Below are positions 25,341-37,700 of a stretch of 64,000 nucleotides of DNA, one piece after another. Every line of letters starts with the position of its first letter. Within the stretch, counting starts at the first letter, position 1. The position numbers were made by a program, and so were the translations under genes. Below the pieces are notes generated by a model that saw only the letters and a list, made by a program, of their open reading frames with translations, made no database searches and was not told the DNA's origin. The DNA is from Lama glama (Eukaryota): contig CM052817.1 of the NCBI GenBank assembly GCA_028534125.1, forward strand, positions 24,740,001 through 24,804,000. Direction: 5' to 3'.

Positions 25341-25989
25341 AATGCACAAGTATATGATAATTAGAACATGCTCATAACTCTTAGTTCCAACAATAGTAAT
25401 TGCCAATTACCTTGCTAATAGCTTTCATGCTTATTATCTAGTCTAATGATATACATTGTCTTTGACAAACATCCATTTTTAATAAGAAGCTCAACTTAAT
25501 AATTTATATCAAATGAGGTGCTCATGCAGCATTTAACATTATTTAGTCTTTTTTAAAAAATTTATCCACTAATTATTAGTATCTTCTACACACTGGACAT
25601 TTTTCTAGGAACTATGGGCTATCATAGCCCTGGGCATGATGGAGAAGATTCTTGCTATGCTGGAGCTGATAGTTGAATAGATTAAATAATTCTAGCAACA
25701 TTTCTTGAAAATTGGGAAAAGTTAACTTAGAGCTATGAAACACTTGGTCAGTTGTCCAGCAGGGATAACAGAGGCAGATTAGTCTATAACTCAGAAGACG
25801 CTAGTTCATCAACTGACCTGCCCAAACCTGAGCATGAGAAGCCGTAGGATGTTTGTCAGGACCACCCAGGTCAGGTATTGATCAGCAAGAATGATGCCTG
25901 AGCTGCTTCATTAGGACTAGACACATGCTATGGAATAAAAATTACACGCAGTTTACTAAGCCCTAATTTAAGTATATGTTAACATAATA

Positions 25990-26660
25990 TTTTAGTTTGG
26001 GTTTCCAAACCAAACACAGACTCTGAAACAAGTGGTTCAATTGGGGACTCATCCCAAGAAATATTAATAAGAGAATGGGGAAGGAAGACAGGAAGCCAAT
26101 AAATGCTGTTTCAAAGCATGTTTCTTCTGTGTGTTAATGGAGCTCAGTCTTATGGGTGACTCTGGGAGATAGTTTGGGAATTCGAGATTTGCAGATACTA
26201 ACTAATATATAAAATAGATAAACAACAAGTTTATGCTGTATAGCACAGGGAACTATATTTAATATCTAGTAGTAAGCTATACTGAAAAAGAATATGAAAA
26301 TGAGTGTATGTATATATGTATGACAACTATTATGCTATATACCAGAAATTGACACAACATTGTAAACTGACTATACTTCAATTTAAAAAAAAAAGAGCAT
26401 ATCTGAGTCTCCTGTTGAGAGGTGAGGGGACTGGGCTACACACCCACCATCTCCCACTGGCTGTTGGTTGGAGCCTGCTGGGCAATGTGTGTGGGAGTGG
26501 TGACGGGTGATGGGGTGTTGGTGGTGATGGTGGCTAATTCACCTCTGGATTCTCAAGAAAGCCCTTAGGGCTGAGACAAAGAGCTACAAGTTCTGGCAGC
26601 TGAAGTCTGGTAAGAGAAGTGCTCCAGAGGGAAACAAGTAGAGCTACACCTACAACCATC
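25990..26660 (-). mobile_element. LTR16-like ERVL solo LTR interrupted by an L1 3' fragment (26173-26395, +)
   Basis: gggtttcca..cagactctgaaacaag..atcccaagaa..ggggaaggaagacaggaagccaataaa (LTR16). The insert gagatttgcagatactaactaatatataaaatagataaac...tatacttcaatttaaaaaaa is an L1 3' end. Confidence 0.65.
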
Positions 26661-27475
26661 ATAAGTAGCATACTGTCTAGCTCAGATTTTCATTCCAAGG
26701 AATGAAACTTTTGCCAGACATGGTAGAAGGCTCATCTTCATCCTCCTTTCAACACGTTGGTGCTGCATCATTTACTGGTCCCTTTTTGGGTTCCATTGCT
26801 ATTCAGGTAGCAGTGTGTTTGCCTTGGAGAGGTAACACACTGTATCACCTTGTCATGTCACTGTGTAGAATTGCTCTCCATTCTGCTGTGTTTCAGCATC
26901 ATCACTGACTATGTCGAGGTAGGATTGTTTTCCTCCCTTGAACAACTCTCTGAAATGTCTGCACAGTTCTCATTTTGTCCACAGTCATTTTATTGTAGTA
27001 GTGGAGTGGCAGCAAGAGCAGTCATTACACCTACCCTGATTTGGGGGAGACAGAGAACAGCTCCTGGATTGGATGAGATTTGGCACTGGTTCCTCCCTTT
27101 CTGCAGAAGTGATTGGCTCTTGGACACTTCTGCTTTGGCATTAAAAGACATTTTTCCTCCCCAGCTATAGGACGAAAGGGTTTCTTCTTATTTACCTGTG
27201 TCAGGCTATCAGCCATGAGTAATCAGCTGTCTCTAGGCTATTATTTTTAATATCAGTCTTTACATTTAATCCTGTATTTTACAGAGAGTTGGTATAACAT
27301 AAAATTCCAAGGGCAGCCTCTGGCATCCAACTTCATTGGTTAAATTCTGCATCCCCACCCCTCCTATGCCTCACTTCCTTATCTGCAGAATAGAGAAAAT
27401 GATAACATCTCACTCTTGGGGCTGTCATGGGAATTGAATGGGTTAACACTGTACAGCACTTAGAAAACTGTCTGA

Positions 27476-27576
27476 GGCGGGTGGGAATAGCTCAGTGGTA
27501 GAGCACACGCTTAGCATGCATGAGGTCCTGGGCTCAATACCCAGGACCGCTATTTAAAAAAAGACAAGAAAAGAAA
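27476..27576 (+). mobile_element. tRNA-derived SINE (camelid vic-1-like) inserted in a MIR
   Basis: A box tagctcagtgg, B box ggctcaatacc, A-rich tail, and TSD aaaactgtctga at 27464-27475 and 27577-27588. Confidence 0.9.
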
Positions 27577-28789
27577 AAAACTGTCTGACACATAGTTAGA
27601 ACTCAGTAAATATTAGCCATTTTTCAACTTGGCCCTAATTAGAGTTTACACTTTCTTTTGATGTCAGGACTTTTTGAGCCTGTCATTTAGTAACTAAAGA
27701 GTAAATAAAATAATTCTAGGATGTTGTCACTTGAAGCAGAGTGAGAAGTTAAAAGAAATAACTTATTTGCTCTGTCACATTCCGTAACTAATTCAAAACT
27801 GAAATTGTTCCTAATTGGCAAAGGATGATTATCCTGTAACACACCACTCTACTTCTCACCTTTTACCTGTATTAACAGGAAACCTGCAAAATGAACTAGC
27901 ACAGTTCTGAGCTGCCTCTTCCCTCCTCCAATGAGTCACTTAACTTGAATTACCTAGTAGTTCATTTGAGGAAAGGAGCAATTGCAAAAAGCTGGCAGTC
28001 TCCCAAATGCCTGGTAGCACAGCTGAGATAAAAATATAGGTGTTTATGTATGAAGACATTATTGGGATCACAAAGTTTTCCTAAGATACACTCTGGCTAG
28101 CAAATGGCTCTATTCTCCCCTCTGTCTGCGGGCTTGCCTCTTAGAGAGATTTGTTGCTTTTATTAAGACGCATTAGAGTCACTGCTCTTAGAGTTGACTT
28201 CTGTCCATTAGCTCATTTTATCCTCATGACAATCTGGTGAAGCGCATGGAACAGGTAGTTTTTATTCATATCTTACGGACTCGTTCCTCGTTAGGCTTAA
28301 GATTGGGTAGCTATTCATGTGCAATCCTAAAAATAGGACCCACTTTTCTGGCCATTTGGGACTAGAATCATGTAGTTCTCTTTTCCTTACCCCATTTTTT
28401 GCCTGGAGATGAAACCAAATGAAATCAAATAATAACAATAATAATAGCAAAAATACAAAACAAAACAAACTCTTCAAGTTTGTACCTGACTTCAGTCAGA
28501 TGAATCTAAGAAGCTTTCTTCTCCTTTATGACACATTACAAGACCATCTAGGAACTTGAGAAAGTTTGCTTTCCATGGGTTGTTTGTTCTAGAGGAGTGG
28601 AAGGAAAACACAGATAGGCAAACAGGCTTCCAGAGGGAGACTCACCTCTGAGACGGTCCCAGGGATGCAGGCATGATCAGAATGGGTTTAGCAAATGTTT
28701 AACTTACTCTGTGCTTCAATTGTCTCTTCTATGAAAACTAAGGGCCATGATACCACACATACCTACCTTATAGGATTAAGTACAATTAT

Positions 28790-31700
28790 GTAACTTTGAA
28801 GCAGGCAAAGCTTTCTTAATTAGCACACACAAAGAATTACTCATAAAAGAAAAGACGAGTACATCAGACTGCCTTAAAATCAAGAACTTCTATTAACTGT
28901 AAGAAACCATTAGCAGGGTGAAAAGGAAAGGACAGCAGATTATATTTTCCAGAATGTCTGTGATAATATTTCCCATCTCGTGTGCTCATTCAAAACTTTG
29001 CTGCCATCCTATCTAAAGGTACAGTTTATGTTCCTCCCTTGAATCTGGATGGACCTTTGTGACTATTTTGACTAATGGCAGAAGCAACGCTACGGGACTT
29101 CCAAGGCTAGATTGTTAAAAAAAAAAAATACAGTTTTCATTTCTCTTGGGACATTCGCCCTTGGAATCCATCCACCACACTATGAGGAAATATAAACCAT
29201 ATGAAAAAGCCCATCTGGGTGGGAACCAAGGCCTTCATCACTCAACCCAGCTAACAGTCAGAGTCGACTTGCCAGCCTCGTGAGTGAGTCATCCGAGAGC
29301 AAATGTTCCTGCCCACTGTAGAGCTGCCCCAGTTGAGGCTTGGTGGGGGAGGCAGAGGGAGTGCCTTTGGGGGAGGAGTTGGGCAGAAGTTGCTTGGGCC
29401 TGAAGCTGTTATGGAAACATAAGAGCCTTGAGTACGCTGCTGGTGAGAGCTTAAAATAAATGAGGAGAGTGATTTGGAAACTAGGGGTGGGGGTTGGGGG
29501 GAAGGAACCCTATGATATAGTGATGGAAAGTTTAACAACACTGTAACCTGTGGCTATGTGGAAAATAGAAAATCTACAGAATGAATAGGTGATATAGCCA
29601 AGGACATTTCCAGACAGAGTGTTGTGCGTACCACCTGGCCTCTTCTCACTGCCTGTAGTAAAATAGGTGAGGAGAGAGAGAAACTAAATAAGGAGAGAAA
29701 TAAACTGGGCATCATAGAGGGTCTGGGACTGGTTGGGCTCAAAAATGAAGTTATTTCTTATTCTCAGACTCATATGGTAAAAAAGAAAAAAAGCTAAAAT
29801 TAAGAAATGACTTTAAGCAGAGATCAAATCCAGGGCATGAGGATGAAAACATGGTCTGAAGATGAAACTGAGGGTGTGCCACTAAGTGCCTTTGTTAAGA
29901 CCTGATAGTATTTCGCAGACTCTTGCAAACTGACAAATAGTCCTTAATGAAGAGACTCTTAAGCAATAGGGCTTCTCAGAATACCAGTCCGTTTACAGCG
30001 AGTTCAGCTTTACAAGGAGCCTGGTTCTTACAGAAGGGTTACAGAGAGCCAACCAGAGGGAAGGTCTTGTCTTGAAATGACATGGAGGTATGGTTTTGCA
30101 TAATGTTTGGACTCTTGATTTTAAAATAAATCCATAAAGGTTTTTTTTTAAAGAAATTGTAACAGTTTGGAGTAAAATGGACCAAGACAGTACACAATGG
30201 AAAGAGGTTTGGAGACCTTCAAACATCTATGGACAGGAAGAAGGCTTAGAAAACTACTCAGCTGCAAACACAGGATACATTTATTGGAGGAAGAAGGATA
30301 ATCCTGAAGGTGGAACCAAGATCCCAAAGACTGAAACTAAGAGCCACAGAGACTCATTATCAGGAAGTGGACTCAGCCCTGCATGTACCCAGCCAGAATA
30401 CAGACCAGTAACTGTTGTATGCCTCCCAAACCTCACCCTCAATTTTAACCAAGAGTGTTTATTGCAACTCGCCTATGACTGTTGCATTATTGTATGTTGG
30501 GAATGTGCCGGGCAGACAACTTTAGTTCACAGATCTTCAGATGGGGATGGGGATGGAGGCGGATGGTATTCAAGGAACTGTACCTGAGAAGCCTTATCCA
30601 CATCAGGACCAGATTTAGATGATAAGCTCACCTTGGGACCTCAAGCTTCAGATACTGTCATAATGAGATGAGATGCTGGGAGATCTTTGGGAAGGAGGTA
30701 AGTATATCTTGCCTGTGAGAGGAATGTGAATTGTGTCCAGATGGCATACTGTAGTAGATTTTATTTTCAAAAAATTGCCACAGAAATATTTTTGGCCTCA
30801 CATGTTCTTCCAAATAATTGCCACTCCCCTCAATCAGAAGGTGGAATCTATGTTTTCTCTCCTAAACCTAGATAGGCCTTTGCAACTGCTTTGATTAATA
30901 TTCAGTGATGTAAATGATACTATGTGGCTTCTGAGGCTAGACTATAAAAAGTGATTCAACTTCTGGATCATTCTCTTGAGACATAAGCCTTTTGGAACCC
31001 TGAGCCAGCCACCATGTAGGACGTGCTGAAGCCCTACGCTAAAGAGGCCACGAGACAAAATTACATCAAGTTATAGGGAGATACCTGAGGAGCTCCACCT
31101 CTTCCAGTCTCCAACTGTTTAAGCCCAGGCATCAGGTATGTTGAGATTTCAGATAATGCCAGTCCTGGTCACCATCTGAATGCAACCTCACAAGAGACCC
31201 AAAGTGAGGACTGCCAGCTGAGCCCAGTGAACTTCCACAATCATGGAGAGAACATTAAAATAATTGTTCTTATTTTGAGCCACTAAATTTTGGGGTAATA
31301 CGTTGTATATTGTTAGATAACCAACACAGCTAGCTAGAATTCAATAAGAAAAACAACACTAAAAAAAATATGGCCCAAAAGACCCTTCACAAAAAAGGTT
31401 TCCCAAATGGCCAATAAGTGTATTAAAAAGTGCTTAACATCATTGTCATTGGGGAAATACAAATTAAAACTACAAGATGCAACAGATGGCTAGAATTAAA
31501 CATTGATAATAAGAAGTGTTAGTGATGATGTGGAGCAAATGTAATTACCTTAGAAACTGCTAGTAAGTGTACAAACTGGTATAACCATTTTTGAAAACTG
31601 TTTGGCTGTATCTACTAATGTATACTAAATGTATTTCATGATTCAGTAATTCCACTTTGACATATATATCCAAAAGATATCCATCAAAAAAAAGAACATG

Positions 31701-32130
31701 ATAACATTCACAACTTTATAATAGCCTGAAACTAAAAATAACTCAAATGTCTTATCAAAACAACCATGAATAAATAAATTATGATATAGTTATACAATGG
31801 AAAACTACATAGCAATAAAAAATGAATAAACTACTGCTACATGCAACAAGATGGATGATTCTCCTACACACAGTGTCTGATTCCATTTGTATAAAGTTCA
31901 AGAACAGGCAAAACTAAATGATGATGATAGAGCTCAAAATAATGTTTACCATGGAGGAGGTAAAGGTATTGCCTGGGAATGAAGGAGTCCTACTGGGTGT
32001 TAGAAATCTGCTATATCATGATCTGGGTATGGAAGGTAGTTACATAGTGCATAATATACAAAAATTCATTGAGATTTACATTCTACAATAAAGCTCCATG
32101 CACCTTACTACATGTCACACCTCAATGAGA
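28790..32130 (+). mobile_element. Old L1M fragment split by the MLT1 provirus (28790-28930 and 31330-32130)
   Basis: ORF2-derived aaaatcaagaacttct...gtgaaaagg before the provirus, then caaatggccaataag...aaatacaaattaaaactacaa...caatggaaaactac and a 3' UTR after it. Confidence 0.7.
28932..31328 (+). mobile_element. Near-complete MLT1 (F/G-type) MaLR provirus: partial 5' LTR, internal region, 3' LTR
   Basis: Two homologous LTR starts (agcagattatattttccagaa at 28935; tgtagtagattttattttcaaaaa at 30750) with MLT1-int motifs between them, a PPT-like segment before 30750, and LTR end agataaccaacaca at 31328. Confidence 0.75.
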
Positions 32131-33099
32131 TGCTTTAAATGCATATAAAACACATATCACTGTACCTGGCACATAGTAAATGTTCAGTAAATGTTTGACA
32201 TCATGAACCCAGCTGCTCCTTGCAATAGTCAGTTAATGCTGAAGGTTGGTGAAGAACCCATAGTACTTGTGCTCTCCAGTGGGGAGATTCCCTGCATCCC
32301 CTGTGAGTCTGAGTTCTCTGACTGTTGAATGTGACTAGAAAAAGGACATTAAAGAAGCAGCCTGACGAATTTGTCTTCTGAGGTTCAGGTTTGATAAAGC
32401 TCCCAGGCAAATCTGTCTTATTCCAAATGAACTATTCACAGTAGAGTTTCCAGGAAGAGTAAACATAAAATAGAATTCTGTTTAACCACCCCAGGGTTGG
32501 GACTAAGGTGATAAAAAGGCTTCAATAAATGTAGTATCTGTTAATCTGGTGTCTTCTCCAGGGTTACCGTTCAGAAAACAAACACTAGACAAGATGGTGC
32601 ATTTTATAGGGAATGTAGCCAATTAACAGCCTAGATAGATAATCAGCAAACAGAATTGACTGGAGAAAGTCTCAAACACAGATGGACTGGTTTGATTAAG
32701 AGTTTCTTTATCATAGTTCAGAAGGAAGCTATGATTACCAAAACAGCCATCAACAGAAAGGAACTTATGGCTGCATGGACCAGAGGAAATTTAGCAGTTC
32801 CTCAAATATGGATGAGAAGAGGGTAGTTGACGTGTTTGCCAACTACCAATATCTATAGGGAATGTTTATCATTTAACCTATATGTTTGGTCTTCCCAATG
32901 AACCATCCTCACTAAAGCTCTGAGGACCTCAACATGATGGTCAACAACTACCCTTGACTATAGACTAAATTCTCCCTAGCAAATCTCAGTTCCCTAATTT
33001 TTCAAGACAAGAGCAGTCTATCAAATATATATATATTTCAAAGGAACCTGAAAAGATGAACACAAAATATTCATGGAGATAACTTTGATCCCTCCAAAT

Positions 33100-33850
33100 A
33101 GTCTTTCTCTGTTCATCCTTGAAATCTCTATTTGCTTGTTTCTCATATTCAAACTGTCACTGAGTCCTAAATATACCTGGCATCCACCCTCCTCTCTCTG
33201 TAACCACCCCTATAGACTGTGCTTCCTTCATATTCACCTGCGTTACTCCAATGGTCTTATCTGACTGGTTCCATACTTATATCTTAGCCCTCACCTACCT
33301 CTGCCCTACACTACCATCAGCGATTTTCAAAACATAAATCTGATGACTTTACCACTTTCTCCCTCCACCAAAGCACTTAGATGGCTTCCCATTGCTTTGA
33401 AGATAAATACCAAGTCCTCAATGTGACCACAAGGTCCTGCATGATTTGGCTCCTGCCCATCTTTCCAACTTCATGCTCTCCCCAGCTGCCAACCACACTC
33501 AGATCACATCTTGCTTTCTCTTGCCACAGGGCCTTTGAATATTCAGTTGCCACTATCTAGGAAGTTCTTTACCTCTCTGTTCACCTAGTCAAATCCCATC
33601 CTTTCTTCAGGTTTCATCTCAAATCATCATTTATCAAGGAAGGCTTCCTTAATCTTGTAGTACTTACCACAGTTAAAAAGTTTCCACTTACTTGTTTCAT
33701 TGATTAATAACCAACCAAATAGAGTAAACAGCAAGCTCCTTGAGGACAGAGATGACGTGGTATTTTGCTCATTTTCGTGTCACTATTACTGGGCTTAGAG
33801 GCTGGCATATGAGGGTGCTCAATGAATATTTGTTGAATGAATAAATGCGT
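33100..33850 (+). mobile_element. L2 LINE 3' region
   Basis: atggcttcccattgc...aaggtcctgcatgatttggctcctgcc...gcaagctccttgaggacagaga...gtgctcaatgaatatttgttgaatgaat. Confidence 0.8.
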
Positions 33851-35189
33851 GAGTTACTGAATCACATTTCAAGGTAGCACAGCCAAGAGTGATCTTTAGC
33901 CAGATTCTGGGCTTTTCTGATGTTATGTTGGAGATAAAACTGCCTCCAGGAATTGAGGAAGACACATGACTCATGAATCATGATCCATGACCCAAAAAGC
34001 CGTGCCTATGCCCATACTCTGAAAAGTGCTGACTGAAACTGGTGAAGCTGTTCATCCAGTAAAGGAGCACCCCATGAGAAAGGAGACTGTAATAGGCCCA
34101 TAGGAAAAATAACCCCTAATGACACATGTGCTGCTCGTCCTCGTGGTAAGAGGGAGGCTCGCCCTGAGTGGAGATACGATCAGTTGCCATTTTCCCAGCC
34201 TGACATCTGACTTTGTTTATTGTAACCAGAATCAGCATGTTCAATATACATACCCAATGAGCAAGTCCTAGTGTCTAAAATAGAGGAGAGTGGACAAAGG
34301 GGAAAATGAAAGCCCAGGATCCATTTCAGAGGTGATGTCAGCTAGAAAGTGAATGGAGAAAGAGCTAGAGGTAGAGTTGGAGCTAAAGGAAGAGTGTTTC
34401 CCACAGCTCTAGCATAGTGAGGTCCAAAGAAAGTAGGGAGGTTCTGGTTGTAAGGATTGAAATTACTTGGATAGGTTAAGATTAGAGCGCATCAGATACT
34501 CAACTAACAAAAGGTTAACCTTTGTTGCAAGTTTCTGCTTAATCCTGAGAAAGGAGCTGCCTTGAAATGCATCTGAAACCATGGTAAAATGATTACTTGA
34601 ATGACTTCTTACAGGGATGGGCTTTCTAGCTACCAAGACAATTTGTCCTTGTGATTTCTCCCTGTCAACACTGAAAAGTTAGAAGCCATTTTATTTCACT
34701 GGAAAATGTGCTTAACATATTGGAGAAAGCCTCATATGAAACGTTCTACTCCAGACCAGAGATGTTTAGTGTAGGTCAAATCCACATCACAGGCTTTCAG
34801 TTACAATCTAAGAAATTACAGTCATAATAGACCCTCGGTGCATGAAATGTGGACTCAATGGGTGGTTCCAATATGGTACTGAGTGTATGCAGTCACATAT
34901 CCAATATTGAAACCCAAAACACGACATCTGGGTCAGTGAAAGGAATAAAAAGGAAACATGCAAAACGTGTTTGCCCCACCTTTGAGACAGAGCATAATTA
35001 GGATCATTATTCAGCACCATGATGCTTCTGTTCGGCCTGCTTAGGAGCTGTGGTGTCACTGTCTGTGGATTTGTGAAAGTCACGCAAGGGTAGATAGGCT
35101 CAGTGTGGCACAAAACCTGCCAGCTGCCGACGCTCTTTTCTACCATTCTTCATTCTAAGAAGGCATAGTCTTTAAAAATTCAGTGTTCA

Positions 35190-35606
35190 CCTTCCGCCGT
35201 GGCAGCCATTGGGAAGCAGCAGCCGTGGCTCTGCGCTACCCCGTGGCCGTGGGCCTCAGCAAAGGCCACAAGGTGACGAAGAACGTGAGCAAGCCGAGGC
35301 ACAGCCGCCGCCGCGGGCACCTCAGCAAGCACACCAAGTTCGTGCGGGACTTGGCCCGGGACGTGTGTGGCGTCGCCCTTTATGAGCGGCGGGCCGTGCA
35401 GCTGCTCAAGGTCTGCAAGGACAAGCGGGCCCTCAAGTTCATCAAGAAATGGGTGGGGACACACATCCGCGCCAGAGGAAGAGAGAGGAGCTGAGCAACG
35501 TCCTGGCCACCATGAGGAAAGCGGCGCCAAGAGGGACTGAGCCCCTCCCACCCGTCTGCGCGTAATAAAACCTTTTCAGAAAAATAAAATAAAATAAATA
35601 AAATGA
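35190..35606 (+). pseudogene. RPL36: RPL36 (60S ribosomal protein L36) processed pseudogene, full length
   Basis: Intronless RPL36 sequence ([30 protein letters not shown]...) from a GTG-mutated start at 35225 to TGA at 35538-35540, with 1-nt deletions near 35474 and 35525. Pyrimidine-rich 5' end (ccttccgcc), AATAAA at 35564 and A-rich tail. 16-bp TSD aaaaattcagtgttca (35174-35189) / aataatgcagtgttca (35607-35622) at a TTT/AAAA site. Confidence 0.96.
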
Positions 35607-37129
35607 AATAATGCAGTGTTCAAAATGGTACCAAGGGGATCTTTGGTGCCTCTGGTAGTGTTGAAGTTCCTGGTTCCAGTGTCTGTAACTATATTATAAA
35701 ATTTGTAGAACGGGGTCACCTCTGTACCGTAGAACAATCCCACCCCTTTCTAGTACCAATTCTTGGGAACAAGGTCCCAAGAATAGAATAGAATCAACAA
35801 TGAAGGGGAAATGCTGAGCTACTGGATGTACTCTACTTGAACCAGAAAAATACACGATTCAAAATTGCAATTGGCAAGTCTCCACAATGCCTGGTGGTGG
35901 GAACTTTTCAGTGTTATTAGTAAGAATATTTTTATGTGCTTAAAAAAATGCATTATTTGAGAATAGGCATAAAGTCAACCTCATACCCAAATGTATATAC
36001 ACTATGATCATACCATGCATTTCATTTTCTAGAAATGCAGTGACTCACTCCAACGTTTACAAAATAAGAAAAATAACTTTAAACAATTTTTAATATTATT
36101 GGAGATCTGTTCAGAATCAGATGGATCTATGTTTGAATTTATCTTCTTAAACACTATATAGAAATTATTTTCACTTACACTCTAGTTTTAAATGATAAAT
36201 TCTAGTATAAGCTGTTTAACTCGGTTAAAAAAAGGCTTCCAAAGGGGCTCAGAGAATAACAACAAATATAATTAGCATCAAGTAAAAAAAACTGTAGTCA
36301 AGGATTCAAGTGAATTATTCTTAGTTCCTTACTAGTTTCATTTACTAAATGGAAATCAAGCTTGTATCGATTTTTTAAATGCTAGGATCATAAAGAAACT
36401 TTAAAAATTTTAGCACAAGATGTCTTTGCTAGAGACACTGATTTATTAATATATTTCAACCTAGATACAATAGGAATCTTTAACTGCACTGTCCTGAGCA
36501 CAAATCCGTAAATCAGCTGGTGGATTTTCCAACAAGTAAATGTAAGCATACTTGAGGAGCCGGAAAAATATTTTTGAGCAGTTCATTCCACTTGCATTGG
36601 AGTTTCAACCACTTCCCTGTGAAATGTCACACATTATACTGCAAATGTGCCAGTGTTTGTTGACAGGCTGTCTCTGAGTAATCACTTTACACTCAAGTGG
36701 ACATTCTGGACACCATGTCTAGACGTCTGCTTATTCAACTAGAACTCGGGGCTTCCTGGGACTCATCCCAGCCTTGTACTCTCTGCTTAGCCCTCGGTGA
36801 ATCACTGCCAATCCCCAGAGTCACATTTTTCAGTCTATCAAATTGGATGAAACTCTGCCAGCCTTTTCATCTTCTGTTCTGTACAACTCTCTGTGCTAGA
36901 CAAAAATATCATCTCTAAGAATTCTCATGAGGTCTGAATAGATGATGCTGAGAAGAAACATGCTGTGTCAATAGATGTAAGGCACTTATGATGACATAAT
37001 TGAACATCCTTATAAAAGTATTGCAAACAAGACAGAATATATTAACTGCTGAGATAAAGGTCAAATGTTCAGCAGAGAATCACTTTCCTGGCTGCAAAAG
37101 TAATACATGTTGGGTTTGGAAAACTGAAG

Positions 37130-37700
37130 AGGTCAGGTTCTGGGAAGGGGCAAAATAAGAGAAGGGAATTAAGAGGTACAAAGTCCTAGGTATAAAACAA
37201 GTAAATTACAAGGGTGTAATGTACAGCACAGGGAACATAGTCAATATTTTATAATAATTTTGTATGGAGTATAATCTATAAAAATATCAAATGACTATGT
37301 TGTACACCTGAAATTAATATAATATTATAAGTAAACTATACTTCAATTTAAAAAGAACTGTCAAGGTCATTAAAAAAACAAGGAAAGTCTGAGAAACTGT
37401 CACAGCCAAGAGGAGCCAAAAGAGACACAACAACTGAATGCAATGTGGGATCCTAGATGAAATTCTGGAACAAAAAGACAAGATATTAGGTTAAAAAAAA
37501 CAAGGAAATCTAAAAAGATTATGGATTGTAATTAATAATAATGTGTCAATATTGGCTCGTTAACTGTGACAAATGTACTATACTTACATAAGGTGTTACT
37601 AATAAAGGGAACTGGGTTTAGGGAAGGGTATATGCAAACTCTCTGTACTGTTCTCCCAACTTTTCTGTTGTAATCTAAATCTGACCTAAAAAGAAAACCC
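37130..37700 (+). mobile_element. Two L1 3'-end fragments (younger 37130-37355; L1MC-type 37358-37700)
   Basis: gtaatgtacagcacagggaacatagtcaatattttataataa...tatacttcaatttaaaaa, then gaaagtctgagaaactgtcacagccaagaggagcc. Confidence 0.75.

Noticed and set aside
27476..27550. Possible tRNA genes (also at 20188 and 48345)
   Set aside because: A/B boxes are present, but A-tails, TSDs and poorly paired acceptor stems mark them as tRNA-derived SINEs.
35183..35494. Functional RPL36 retrogene
   Set aside because: Start ATG is mutated to GTG, there are two frameshifts, and many conserved residues are substituted.
35180..35551. 123-aa minus-strand ORF
   Set aside because: Antisense shadow of the GC-rich RPL36 pseudogene.
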